Assembly: GCA_033762115.1 (NCBI GenBank)
Contig: JANRLX010000092.1
Span: 1 to 64,000, forward strand
Reading direction: 5' to 3'
From: Verrucomicrobiota bacterium
GTDB lineage: Bacteria > Verrucomicrobiota > Verrucomicrobiia > Limisphaerales > SXQI01
DNA length: 64,000 bases
Part shown: positions 1 through 9,928 of the stretch, in pieces
How the letters are laid out: each line of letters begins with the position of its first letter
Position numbering within the stretch: position 1 is the first letter of the stretch
Notes under the pieces: model-generated
What the model was told of the DNA's origin: nothing
What the model saw: the letters and a program-made list of their open reading frames with translations, nothing else
Databases searched by the model: none
Position numbers and translations under genes: made by a program

Positions 1-319
1 CCCGGCAAATTTTCTCGATGTCGGTGGTGGTGCCAGCAAGGAGCAGGTTACCGCCGCATTCAAAATCATTTTGAGTGATCCGAATGTGAAGGGAATTTTT
101 GTAAATATTTTCGGTGGCATCATGCAATGTGATGTGATTGCCACCGGGATTGTAGCTGCTGCCAGGGAAACCGGCCTTCAATTGCCATTGGTGGTGAGAT
201 TGGAAGGGAATAACGTGCAGCTTGGTAAAAAGATTTTGGAAGAGTCAGGACTAAGCCTGACGAGCGCCACCAGTATGGCGGATGGAGCACAGAAAATTGT
301 GGCAGCAGTGACTCGTTAA
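1..319 (+). CDS. sucC: Succinyl-CoA synthetase beta subunit, C-terminal part (5' truncated by window)
   Basis: [11 protein letters not shown] ... [14 protein letters not shown] ... [10 protein letters not shown] motifs; immediately upstream of sucD. Confidence 0.95.
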   Translation, partial: PANFLDVGGGASKEQVTAAFKIILSDPNVKGIFVNIFGGIMQCDVIATGIVAAARETGLQLPLVVRLEGNNVQLGKKILEESGLSLTSATSMADGAQKIVAAVTR

Positions 320-323
320 TCGT

Positions 324-1214
324 ATGGCTATTTTGGTAACACCCAACACTCGAGTCCTTGTCCAGGGGATCACAGGAAGTTTCGGCGGCAGGCATAGTCA
401 GCTAAGCCTCGCTTACGGCACGCAAATTGTGGCAGGGGTCACTCCGGGAAAAGGCGGACAGCAGTTTGAAGGAAAGGTGCCGATATTCGACACCGTTTAC
501 GAAGCAAGAAAGCAGACCGGTGCAACAGCGTCCGCGATTTTCGTCCCACCCCCATTCGCTGCTGACGCAATCCTGGAAGCTGTAGATGCTGATCTGGATT
601 TGGTCGTTTGCATCACAGAGGGGATACCTGTTGCAGACATGATCCGGGTCAAACGCGCCATGCAAGGGAAAAGAACTCGCCTGATCGGACCGAATTGTCC
701 CGGGATCGTCACACCGGGAGAAGGAAAAGATTCTCATGGCGGTTGCAGGATTGGGATTGCTCCGGGATATATCCATAAAAAAGGGAAAATAGGCGTCGTG
801 TCCCGCAGCGGAACATTGACCTATGAAGCTGTCTGGCAGCTGACCTGTCGCGGAGTGGGTCAATCCACCTGCGTGGGAATTGGAGGAGACCCTGTGAATG
901 GAACGTCACACCTGGATGTGATCAGGATGTTCAATGACGATCCTGAAACAGAGGGGATCATCATGATCGGGGAAATCGGAGGATCGGCGGAGGAGGAAGC
1001 AGCGGAGTGGATTAAACAGCATTGCAGGAAACCTGTGGCTGGGTTCATTGCTGGAGCAACCGCTCCTCCAGGGCGGCGTATGGGGCATGCCGGTGCCATC
1101 GTCAGCGGTGGAAAAGGAACTGCAGCCGCGAAGATTTCCGCATTTAAAGAAGCGGGGATTGGAATTGCGGCAACTCCTTCTGAAATGGCCGACACATTAC
1201 TAAAGATGATGTAG
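324..1214 (+). CDS. sucD: Succinyl-CoA synthetase alpha subunit
   Basis: [29 protein letters not shown] and RMGHAGA (phospho-His) motifs. Confidence 0.97.
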   Translation: MAILVTPNTRVLVQGITGSFGGRHSQLSLAYGTQIVAGVTPGKGGQQFEGKVPIFDTVYEARKQTGATASAIFVPPPFAADAILEAVDADLDLVVCITEGIPVADMIRVKRAMQGKRTRLIGPNCPGIVTPGEGKDSHGGCRIGIAPGYIHKKGKIGVVSRSGTLTYEAVWQLTCRGVGQSTCVGIGGDPVNGTSHLDVIRMFNDDPETEGIIMIGEIGGSAEEEAAEWIKQHCRKPVAGFIAGATAPPGRRMGHAGAIVSGGKGTAAAKISAFKEAGIGIAATPSEMADTLLKMM

Positions 1215-1258
1215 TTATTTCAAATCCAGCTTTTCCGGCTAATTCTCAGATAAATGAT

Positions 1259-2167
1259 TTAAGGTTTTGAAGGTGCGGGAAGGTTTTCGATTCTGGATAA
1301 TCTGTTTTTTTGAAGATCATTTGAAGAGGAAGAACGGGGGATTGATCCCCATCTAAAGGTTGGGTTTAGGACCTCAAAAGTGATTCTCCGGTTAGGTGAT
1401 TCCTGAGTGTAAATGGAATAGCTGAATGGTTTCTGGAAGTAAGCGCCATGGATCAAACGGCGCATTCGATGAAGCAGAATTATCAATGGTTTTGCTGTTT
1501 GCAGCCATCCTGGCGCGGAGCCATAAAAGCGCCGGTGTTCAGCAAACGCTTCTTCCGTAAAGCCAATATTCCTTCCTGTCATTGTAAAGATGGAAGTATA
1601 CTCATGTAACAATGCCATGCGTTTGCCTGCTTTAATGAGGTCAAGGAGCCATTGAGTGTCACCGACCATCCTCACCCGGTCGTCAAAGAGCAATCCTTCA
1701 TTAACAATTGATCGGCGAAAAAATGTGGCACAGGTGAAGATCGACAGGTTGCCATTTGTCCAGGTGTGCCAACGGTGAGGAATAATCGTTTTGCGATAAC
1801 AGATAAATTCTCCCCGGTTTGAGGTGACAATGGCATTTCCAAAAAGAACATCAATTTTGGGGTGTGTCTTGAAAAAGCGTTCCACCCGATCCAGAACTCC
1901 AGGCAAGTACTGCTCGTCACAGTTTAGGTAGCTGAGGAGATTCCCGGAAGATTTGAGCAGGCCACGATTGATCGCCTGATACATACTGCGGTCAGGCTCC
2001 ACAAAAGCTTTAATGCGCCGCTCCTGCTGCAACCAATCAAGTGTTCCATCCTGTGATTCACCATCCTGAATAATATGCTCAGAAGGGACATTTTGATCTG
2101 CAACAGAGTTGATGCAGAGCCTCAGCCATTCCGAATTGTTATAGCTTGGTGTGATGATTGAGAACAT
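1259..2167 (-). CDS. Family 2 glycosyltransferase
   Basis: MFSIITPSYN...QDGESQDGT...YLNCDEQY GT-A motifs; start moved from 2269 to ATG 2167 to match the paralog at 2302. Confidence 0.88.
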   Translation of the reverse strand: MFSIITPSYNNSEWLRLCINSVADQNVPSEHIIQDGESQDGTLDWLQQERRIKAFVEPDRSMYQAINRGLLKSSGNLLSYLNCDEQYLPGVLDRVERFFKTHPKIDVLFGNAIVTSNRGEFICYRKTIIPHRWHTWTNGNLSIFTCATFFRRSIVNEGLLFDDRVRMVGDTQWLLDLIKAGKRMALLHEYTSIFTMTGRNIGFTEEAFAEHRRFYGSAPGWLQTAKPLIILLHRMRRLIHGAYFQKPFSYSIYTQESPNRRITFEVLNPTFRWGSIPRSSSSNDLQKNRLSRIENLPAPSKP

Positions 2168-2301
2168 CAGCGCCAATTCTGAATTGAAAAATGGGAAGTT
2201 GAAAATGGTTGTCACCTTGATTAAGGGGACGGGCAAAACATTAGAAATCGCTGGATTGCTGATTTGCACCTGCCGTAAGCTCGGTCTCTTACAAATTTGC
2301 C

Positions 2302-3165
2302 GTGAAATTTTCGATTATAACGCCAAGTTTCCGCAGCAATCAATGGCTCCCATTGTGCATTGCGTCAGTGGCTGATCAGGAGGTTGAGCATGAGCATATT
2401 GTCCAGGATGCTGGTTCTGATGATGGGACGCTGGATTGGTTGCTGAAAGACCTTCGAGTTAAAGCATTTGTCGAAAAAGATCGCGGGATGTATGACGCGG
2501 TAAACAAAGGTTTTGCAAAGGCAACAGGTGACATCCTCGCTTACCTTAATTGTGATGAACAGTATCTGCCGGGGGCGTTAAAAGAGGTGGAAAAGTTTTT
2601 TACCCAGCATCCAGAGGTGGAGATCGCTTTCGGTGACGCTTTAATTACTGAGCAGGACGGAAGCTTGCGCTGTTTTCGCAAGATACAAATGCCATGGAAG
2701 TATCATACATGGATATCAGACGGTTTGACTGTGCTCACGGCAGCTACATTTTTGAGGCGATCGGTATTGGAAAAGTATGGGCTTTCTTTTAACCCTGATT
2801 ATCGTGCGATTGGTGACCTCGTTTGGGTATTTCAGGCTTTGGATAACAAGGTGCCAATGAAACGGATCCGAAAATATACATCCATATTTACGGAAACTGG
2901 CGGAAATCTTGGCAATAATGATGCGTCGCGTCGGGAGCAGTTGATGTTCAGGGAACGTGCTCCGTTCTGGGCCAAAGTGGCGGCGCCTTTCCTGGTTTCA
3001 GCGCATCGTTTACGAAGAGTTTTGGAAGGTGCTTATTGGGAAGAATCCATTAGATATCAAATCTACACTCAAAAATCTCCTTACCAGCGCACGGAATTCA
3101 TTGCTGAAAAGCCATCATCACGGTGGTGGCGGGATGGAGATCAAGGGCAGTTTAGGTGGAGATGA
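2302..3165 (+). CDS. Family 2 glycosyltransferase
   Basis: FSIITPSF...QDAGSDDGT...GMYDAVNKG...YLNCDEQY motifs; GTG start. Confidence 0.9.
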   Translation: MKFSIITPSFRSNQWLPLCIASVADQEVEHEHIVQDAGSDDGTLDWLLKDLRVKAFVEKDRGMYDAVNKGFAKATGDILAYLNCDEQYLPGALKEVEKFFTQHPEVEIAFGDALITEQDGSLRCFRKIQMPWKYHTWISDGLTVLTAATFLRRSVLEKYGLSFNPDYRAIGDLVWVFQALDNKVPMKRIRKYTSIFTETGGNLGNNDASRREQLMFRERAPFWAKVAAPFLVSAHRLRRVLEGAYWEESIRYQIYTQKSPYQRTEFIAEKPSSRWWRDGDQGQFRWR

Positions 3166-3169
3166 CTGG

Positions 3170-4726
3170 TCAGGCAGGTGCTGTAGAGGGGGTAGTAGCA
3201 ACGAATGCGTCAGCAATATCAGCTGGCCGTTTAATTAAAGCCGGAGCCTTCATTCTGATGCCCTTATTAAGGGCAATACTTAGACCCAAAATTCCAGCGA
3301 AAATGGGTAAGTCCGTTGAAAAAGCTCCAAAAAAGAAAACAAAGAAAACTATTTTAGCCAGAAAGAAGGCATACAAGAAACGGTTTACATGACTGATATC
3401 CGGATCGCCATAAAGCAAATTGCGCCTTAATAACCTGCATCCCGCAATAATGAACCAGATGAATCCAATTGTTCCAAAGATTCCAAAGGGTATGATAATG
3501 GAGAGAGGCCCATTATGGTAATCACCAGCAATGATTGCTGGTTCGTAACCCTTTGCAAAACCTCGCTTCACCGCTTCAGTTGAAAGAAAAAGATCCATGG
3601 GATTGATTGCATAACCTTTTCCAATCCAAAAGTATTGGGATGCTTCGGCCAAAACGATTTCCCACATTTGGAAACGCCATTCCAGAGAAACTTCAGCATC
3701 AAATTTAGCAACAGAATCGACCTGTAACCCTGGTAGTAAACTCAGAGATCGTTGAATTGCATGAGGCATGAACCTAGCAGATGCGTAAATAAAAAAAAGT
3801 CCGGCCAAGACAATTGAAATACTTAGAATCATTGCCTTTGTCTTATGCAATCCCTCTAATATAAAGAGAATGATTAAAACGATTCCCAGCAAAACCAAAG
3901 TTGATCTAAATCCAGAAAATAGCCCCACTGATATTGAACCAATAAAACAGAGCATTGCCACAGGTTTGCGCAGGTTAATTAAGTCTTCCAGTCTATATTT
4001 AGCCAAAATATACGTACAGATTGCAAAAGCCGCCGGGGCAAGACCACCAATTCTAACTTGTCCTGCGGATTCAATACTGCTGTCAGCGACAGCTTGCGAA
4101 AGTACCCAGTCGGTCGGGAAAAGATAAAACAAAATATAGGCGGATGGTCCGATGGCATAAGCCAGATTACTAAAAGCGGCTGTGACTGGTGGAATAAGGA
4201 AGAGCGCTAACACAAGATTGCGCTGTTGCGGTTCAATCCCTCGACTGGTTAATGCAAGAAAACCAAGAAACGAAGCTCCAATTGCGGCATATCTGCGCCC
4301 GCCATAAACCTGGGAGCCGAGCGCCTGCATTCCGATACCTCCAGTGAGGTATGCTGTTCCCACTACCACTGCGATCAGGAACCCCAACGGAAGAATAATT
4401 GATGGCTCCCAATAAAATTTTAAAGCATCGCGGTTCAATGCTTTTGTGAGAACTGCCAAAAAAAGGCTTAAGCCTGAAAGCGCCAGCCATAAGGAAGGTT
4501 GACCTGGCAGGAAAAACGCATTCACAAACGCATTCCATGAAAAAATGAGGGCAAAATAATGATGCTTAAGGATAATGGGGGTTGAAATACCGAGCAGAAC
4601 GATGCCCACAACCATCATGTTGGTGGTATCGAGCGGATCGGCCAACATGAACCCCAAGAAAATGGCCAACGGAATGCAGAGGCCAAAGACAATAAAACCG
4701 CGAGGGATAATTAAATTACCGGACAT
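3170..4726 (-). CDS. Multi-pass membrane protein, O-antigen ligase/Wzy polymerase-like
   Basis: About a dozen hydrophobic segments; SGFRS, SLEWR, WIGKG and YHNG motifs typical of the Wzy_C/WaaL family; next to GT2 genes. Confidence 0.75.
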   Translation of the reverse strand: MSGNLIIPRGFIVFGLCIPLAIFLGFMLADPLDTTNMMVVGIVLLGISTPIILKHHYFALIFSWNAFVNAFFLPGQPSLWLALSGLSLFLAVLTKALNRDALKFYWEPSIILPLGFLIAVVVGTAYLTGGIGMQALGSQVYGGRRYAAIGASFLGFLALTSRGIEPQQRNLVLALFLIPPVTAAFSNLAYAIGPSAYILFYLFPTDWVLSQAVADSSIESAGQVRIGGLAPAAFAICTYILAKYRLEDLINLRKPVAMLCFIGSISVGLFSGFRSTLVLLGIVLIILFILEGLHKTKAMILSISIVLAGLFFIYASARFMPHAIQRSLSLLPGLQVDSVAKFDAEVSLEWRFQMWEIVLAEASQYFWIGKGYAINPMDLFLSTEAVKRGFAKGYEPAIIAGDYHNGPLSIIIPFGIFGTIGFIWFIIAGCRLLRRNLLYGDPDISHVNRFLYAFFLAKIVFFVFFFGAFSTDLPIFAGILGLSIALNKGIRMKAPALIKRPADIADAFVATTPSTAPA

Positions 4727-4794
4727 TCAGTCCATTAAAGAACTAAAGTTCCCTGCCCAGTGCAACGAAATTTTGCTTAAAACTCCAAAAAGAT

Positions 4795-5334
4795 TTACCG
4801 CCGGCCAGAGGTGCCACCATTGACCGAGCCAGCCGAGGCTGCACCTCCAGGGATTTCGATGGCTGAGGGTTGTTGCTGTATCCTGGAATCCTCAGGACGG
4901 GTATTCAACTCTGATGGGGTTGCCTCTGATGGGTTAATAATTGTCCCGCCCCGTCCCTGCCCGGAAACTCCGATTCCAAATCCCCCGCGATTTGTTAATG
5001 CCGAATTCGTCAAACTGCCAGAGGCGCCTGTGGTGCTGTATAGTCCATCACTAATTCCTGCTGGTTGTGCACCAGACTGTCCAGAGGTGCCTGAAGCAGG
5101 AGCACCAATCCCTCCAGCTTCTGCTTCTTTTTTCGAAATAACTCCAATTGTCTGCGAGGCGTCTGATAACGGGGCATTCGTCACTTGAGAAGTGGCTCGA
5201 TCAACTCGGTTAGTTCCCAGAGTTCCAACTTGCGTGCTGTTTCGACCGTCGGAAGTCGAAATTCCTTTTGTTTGTCCCTGGCAATAAGCAATGGTGGTGG
5301 AGGCAATTACTGCCAAAAGTGTGTTTATTTTCAT
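4795..5334 (-). CDS. Secreted low-complexity (G/S/T/A-rich) hypothetical protein
   Basis: Signal-peptide-like N-terminus MKINTLLAVIASTTIAYC followed by a probably disordered sequence. Confidence 0.6.
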   Translation of the reverse strand: MKINTLLAVIASTTIAYCQGQTKGISTSDGRNSTQVGTLGTNRVDRATSQVTNAPLSDASQTIGVISKKEAEAGGIGAPASGTSGQSGAQPAGISDGLYSTTGASGSLTNSALTNRGGFGIGVSGQGRGGTIINPSEATPSELNTRPEDSRIQQQPSAIEIPGGAASAGSVNGGTSGRR

Positions 5335-5480
5335 GACTCTCACTAAATTCCTTTGTCTCCAAGCTTAAACTACCGAAATTCAGCAACAATGCGGCTAACT
5401 CCATATCTCAGGGTAAGGGTTCCAACTGAGCTTTGGTAAGGCAAATACCCGGTTATTGAAAACTGAGTTCTAAGATATGC

Positions 5481-6296
5481 TTAGAGTGACGCGCTCTTTC
5501 CTGTGAAGCGGGCCAGAACTGGTTCGTTGGAAGAGGAGCGCCTTGAAGGAACTGTGACCTTATTTTCTCCACCCGGCAAATCTGACAGCAGATGAATTGC
5601 TTCGCGATAGCCATGGAGCGTCCCTACGTCAACGTAAGCAGTCCCGATTTTTACAGCCAGGGCTTTGCCACCTCCAGCCAAATAGGCATTTACGAGAGTG
5701 CCGAAATATTCATCCGAGCGCTTCCGTTCACACCAAAGTTCAAAAAGTTCATAAAGAACAACCCCAGGCATTTTGAAGGCTCCCCAAATCCAGGAAGAAC
5801 CAGCATTCTTCTGTTTCACCTGGATTTCCTGAATATTATCCGCAGCATCGGTCACCACTGCGTCAAAAAATTCAGGGTACTCCACTGGGAAACAAAGAAA
5901 GGAAAGAGTGCCCTGTGGAAGACTCGAGAGAGCCTCTTCCGGAAACCAGATTGTGTCAGGCAAACCAATGAGTACCTCCTCCTCCCGCGCAATTAAAGGA
6001 AGCGCCCTGAAGATGGCATCGCATAATCCTGCGGGCTGAGGTTGCACCACATAAGCCAGCGCAGCGGAGCCGAGACTGCCGCCGTAGTATTCAAGAATGT
6101 CAGATTTCCCCGGAGAAATCACAAAGCAAATCTTTGTGGCACCACCAAAGATCATTCGTTCCACCAAATACTCGCTGACAGCGCGGGGCCTTTCCGTATT
6201 TCCATCCAAACGACTTCCGACCGGCAAAAGTTCCTTGGAAAATGCAAGCGGTTGAATGCGACTGCCTGCCCCTGCTGCTGGAATGATTCCCCACAT
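5481..6296 (-). CDS. Sugar-phosphate nucleotidyltransferase (RmlA-like)
   Basis: GIIPAAGAGSR...SKELLPVG nucleotidyltransferase signature, QPQPAGL, YVDVGT; ATG 6296 lies just after the upstream stop. Confidence 0.88.
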   Translation of the reverse strand: MWGIIPAAGAGSRIQPLAFSKELLPVGSRLDGNTERPRAVSEYLVERMIFGGATKICFVISPGKSDILEYYGGSLGSAALAYVVQPQPAGLCDAIFRALPLIAREEEVLIGLPDTIWFPEEALSSLPQGTLSFLCFPVEYPEFFDAVVTDAADNIQEIQVKQKNAGSSWIWGAFKMPGVVLYELFELWCERKRSDEYFGTLVNAYLAGGGKALAVKIGTAYVDVGTLHGYREAIHLLSDLPGGENKVTVPSRRSSSNEPVLARFTGKSASL

Positions 6297-6297
6297 A

Positions 6298-7398
6298 TTA
6301 TCTTGAATTTGCAATTTCCGGTTCAGCTTTGCTGGTAATCGTTTCCTCAAGAATCAACTCAAGCTCAAGAGCCCTTTTTGTCGCTGAATGTTCATCCAGC
6401 GCCCGGTCGCGGGCTGCCTTGCTTATTCGGTTCAGTTCAGCATCACTGAGTTGCATCCACTGCACTGCTTCCGCTGTGTTGGAAGCAATGAGAATTTCAG
6501 ACCCTGGTTGAAAGAAGAAATCCAGCCCCTCCCACCAATCGCTTAAAATTGGAGTTCCACAGGCTGCGGCTTCAAAGAGACGTCCGGAAGGGCAATACCC
6601 CATTTCAGCCATGGCTCGTCTTGTGACATTCAACGTCATTCTTCCTGAACTATAAAAAGCGGGGTGCTCAGAAGGGGGGACATGGCGCACAAAGTATATA
6701 TTGTCGGTCCAGGGAAAATTCGTGGGATATTGCGCTCCGCCGATCAGAAATTTTTTTTCAGGCAACAAGCGGGCAGGATCAATAAGTAATTGGTTTAAAC
6801 GTTGCTGACGATCCTCGGCGTAAGTGCCCAGGTAAGTGACGTCTGCCCGATACTGCTCGACAGGGGAAACAGGGAAGTGGACTTGCGGATCGACGCTGCC
6901 GAAGAGCGTTGCCACTTTGCGGGCACCCAATTCCGATTTAAGCTCTTCAAGAGCTTTTCCACCAGTATAACTCAGGACGAGATCGAATTCTCTGAATCCA
7001 TCAGGGCCAACATAGGTCAGGTTTTCACGCGACCTGATTGAATCCAGAGTGACTGGAGTGTCCAGATCATAGAACACTTTGAGCCCAGCGTTGGAGTCGA
7101 GGATTAATCGAGTTGCTTCCAAGCCGTCAGGACAGTAGGAGGTGACCATTGCAACATCTGCGCTTGCAAGATGTCGGCGGGCTTCCGGAATGAGATCCTC
7201 CCATGATTGATATAAATGGAGTTCAGCTCCCGGCAATGTTGTCAGGTCACGGTGGGCCGAATAGTAAGGAACATCCTTTTCAAAAAACAGGACCTGATGT
7301 CCCCGTTCTGCCAATGCTCGAATCAATCCCCTCCAGAGGGTGGCATGTCCATTTCCCCAAGAGGAACTTACGGTCAGCCCGAAAATAACTAATCTCAT
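6298..7398 (-). CDS. CgeB-like glycosyltransferase
   Basis: SSSWGNGHATLWRGL, FYDLDTPVT, YLGTYAEDRQ, PSGRLFEAAACG motifs of the CgeB/GT1-like family. Confidence 0.82.
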   Translation of the reverse strand: MRLVIFGLTVSSSWGNGHATLWRGLIRALAERGHQVLFFEKDVPYYSAHRDLTTLPGAELHLYQSWEDLIPEARRHLASADVAMVTSYCPDGLEATRLILDSNAGLKVFYDLDTPVTLDSIRSRENLTYVGPDGFREFDLVLSYTGGKALEELKSELGARKVATLFGSVDPQVHFPVSPVEQYRADVTYLGTYAEDRQQRLNQLLIDPARLLPEKKFLIGGAQYPTNFPWTDNIYFVRHVPPSEHPAFYSSGRMTLNVTRRAMAEMGYCPSGRLFEAAACGTPILSDWWEGLDFFFQPGSEILIASNTAEAVQWMQLSDAELNRISKAARDRALDEHSATKRALELELILEETITSKAEPEIANSR

Positions 7399-7515
7399 GG
7401 CGCACAAGTTGGAATCAAATGAATTGATTCAATGCGCACAAAATGGCTTGCTGGCTGGATTTAGACTATCCGCTGGATGTTGAGAATTTGATAGGGATGC
7501 TGCCGATTGCGGTAG

Positions 7516-9285
7516 TCAGGTCAAGGGCACCTGTTGAGTGATGCGAGTGGAAGCTTTCCAATCACGCAACGTCAATTGCAACGAGGCAGTTCCGTTATAG
7601 ATATTGGTTCCAGGGGTGAACAGAAGGTCAATTTCATCAGGAAGCTCGATGCCAGCGGGACATCGCCACCAAACCACCTGCGTTTTAAAGTCTCCCTCTC
7701 GAACATAAAATCGTGCATGTTGCTGTTCCTTACCCATTCTTCGGAAGTCGGTGACGGAAAGATTCCGCGCGATCAAATGTACTTCCGGATTACCCAGGCC
7801 ATGGGGTTCGAATTGTGAAAGCAGATCAAAGGAAGCAAGGCTCAGTTCATGCAAATGAACCTCCGAGTCAGCCTTTAAGAGAGGGCGCAGTTCTTCCAAA
7901 TCCAATTTTGATTTTGCGACCTGGTTAAAACGAGACCGGAATTCAACGAGACGGGTTGGATCCATACTTAAGCCAGCTGCCATGGCATGGCCGCCATGCT
8001 GGAGCAGCTGGTCATTACATTCCCGAAGGGCTGCAGCCAAATCAAATCCATCAATACTGCGTCCCGATCCGCGCCAGCGGTCCCCATCTTTTCCAAGAAT
8101 GATTGTCGGACGGTGAAATTCGCGCAGGACTTTGGCCGCAACGATTCCCACAACCCCGACATGCCATTGGTCCTCTCCCTGCACAATCACGTAATCATTT
8201 TTTGGGTCAAATTCTTTTCTGATTGCACCAATCACTTCATGAACAATTTGTGCTTCAATGGTTTGCCGTTCCTTATTCTGCAGATCGAGAAATTCGGCCA
8301 GGGTTCGCGCCCGGGCGGGATCTTTTTCAAGAAGTAATTCCAAAGATGCCTGGGCATGCTGAAGTCTTCCCGCAGCATTCAATCTTGGCGCAAGCTGAAA
8401 GCTAATGTGAGAGGTCCCGATATTTTCCATACACCCTGCAACCGCCTTCAAGGCAGTTAATCCAACTCTTTCCGTGTTTGAGAGCCGGGCAAGTCCTGCT
8501 CGCACAAGAATTCGATTTTCAGCTTCGATCCTGACCATGTCAGCCACAGTTCCAAGGGCAACAAGATCAAGATATTTTCTGAGATCGATTGCCGTAGCGC
8601 TGCTCCAACCGAGGGAGCGGGCCTGTTTGACAAGGCCATGAGCAAGCTTGAACGCCAAACCTGCCGTGCAAAGCATCCCAAATTGAGTGGCGGTTCCGGG
8701 ATCGATTAGTGGATTTACCAATGCTTTGGCAGGCGGCGCTGGATTGGAGGGTTGGTGGTGATCGAGCACGATTACATCAATGCTTAGCGCTTGAATTTGT
8801 CGGATCACTTCCCACGAAGATGAGCCGCAATCCACCGCAATAAGTAATTGAGGTGAGTGCTCCTGAAGGCATGACTCCACGGCAGAGTCACTCAGGCCAT
8901 ATCCTTCTCCGAACCGGTTTGGAAGGTAATACCCCACCTGAAAACCGAGCTCGGTCAGAAGTTCATAAAGAAGCGCTGTGGAAGTGATGCCATCCACGTC
9001 ATAATCACCAAAAAGGAGAATTCTTTCCGCATGAGCGTGGGCACGCAGCAACCGCTCAACCGCAATGCCCATGTTCGGGAGCAGGAATGGATCGCTTAAT
9101 GACTTTAGCAATGGATTAAACCAGGCTGCTGCCTGATCGACTGAGCTGATTCCCCGGTTGAGGAGAGATTGAGCCAGCCACACCGGGATTTTTAAAGAGG
9201 ATGCCAACGCTTTCGCGGTTTCTGAACGTGAAGCGACCTGCCATCGGAAATCAGAACATGTTTTGGAACCAACGGAGGACATCAT
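7516..9285 (-). CDS. recJ: Single-stranded-DNA-specific exonuclease RecJ
   Basis: GDYDVDG, VDCG, LDHH, GTVAD, PRLNAAGR, GSGRS, GGHAMAAG DHH/DHHA1 motifs; start uncertain (overlaps exoD). Confidence 0.95.
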   Translation of the reverse strand: MMSSVGSKTCSDFRWQVASRSETAKALASSLKIPVWLAQSLLNRGISSVDQAAAWFNPLLKSLSDPFLLPNMGIAVERLLRAHAHAERILLFGDYDVDGITSTALLYELLTELGFQVGYYLPNRFGEGYGLSDSAVESCLQEHSPQLLIAVDCGSSSWEVIRQIQALSIDVIVLDHHQPSNPAPPAKALVNPLIDPGTATQFGMLCTAGLAFKLAHGLVKQARSLGWSSATAIDLRKYLDLVALGTVADMVRIEAENRILVRAGLARLSNTERVGLTALKAVAGCMENIGTSHISFQLAPRLNAAGRLQHAQASLELLLEKDPARARTLAEFLDLQNKERQTIEAQIVHEVIGAIRKEFDPKNDYVIVQGEDQWHVGVVGIVAAKVLREFHRPTIILGKDGDRWRGSGRSIDGFDLAAALRECNDQLLQHGGHAMAAGLSMDPTRLVEFRSRFNQVAKSKLDLEELRPLLKADSEVHLHELSLASFDLLSQFEPHGLGNPEVHLIARNLSVTDFRRMGKEQQHARFYVREGDFKTQVVWWRCPAGIELPDEIDLLFTPGTNIYNGTASLQLTLRDWKASTRITQQVPLT

Positions 9286-9919
9286 CTGAATATTTGACGA
9301 TTGCCTTCACAATGAGGCCTGCGGTGGAGATGATATATCCCAGGGTGACGGTTGTCATGAGATAACCACCCCAGATCATAAACCCATCCTCTTCCATCAT
9401 ACTCATCGCCAGTAAAATAATTGCGTAGCTGGGGAGCGCGTTGGAGAAGGGAATGACCGGTGGAATAGGCAACATCAGGACAAAAGCCATCAGTCCGATC
9501 AATAGCGAATTAAAGCAATGGAATGGGGGCTGATTCATCCATTGTGTGCGCCGGGGTTTGACAATTTTTTCAAGAAAACGGAGCAGTTTGATACTGACTT
9601 TGATAATTCTGCACATTTTGTCGGCTGGGATGCTGCGGCTGCCTATGAACCTGGGAAGATAAGGTGGCATTCCAAATGCCAGGCGAATCGAAAGCAGCAA
9701 CATGGCGAATCCAAAAATATTGCTTAAACCGGGCAGGGGAATGGGAGTGCTGAAAGGAAGGCTTAAAAGTATCAAAACAAAATACAATCCCCGCCGCTCT
9801 GTACGTTCAATGATCTGGTTTAGAGTCACGCCGCCGGATGCGGACCATTCCAGGCTGATCTCATCCAGGGTTTGCGAGAGTGGACGCAGATCGTGAACCT
9901 CCTCCGGCAGGGCTGGCAT
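9251..9919 (-). CDS. exoD: ExoD-family exopolysaccharide synthesis membrane protein
   Basis: LSLPFSTPIPLPG, LPIPPVIPFSNALP and EEDG motifs with hydrophobic segments. Confidence 0.82.
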   Translation of the reverse strand: MPALPEEVHDLRPLSQTLDEISLEWSASGGVTLNQIIERTERRGLYFVLILLSLPFSTPIPLPGLSNIFGFAMLLLSIRLAFGMPPYLPRFIGSRSIPADKMCRIIKVSIKLLRFLEKIVKPRRTQWMNQPPFHCFNSLLIGLMAFVLMLPIPPVIPFSNALPSYAIILLAMSMMEEDGFMIWGGYLMTTVTLGYIISTAGLIVKAIVKYSDDVLRWFQNMF

Positions 9920-9928
9920 AACTCAGGC

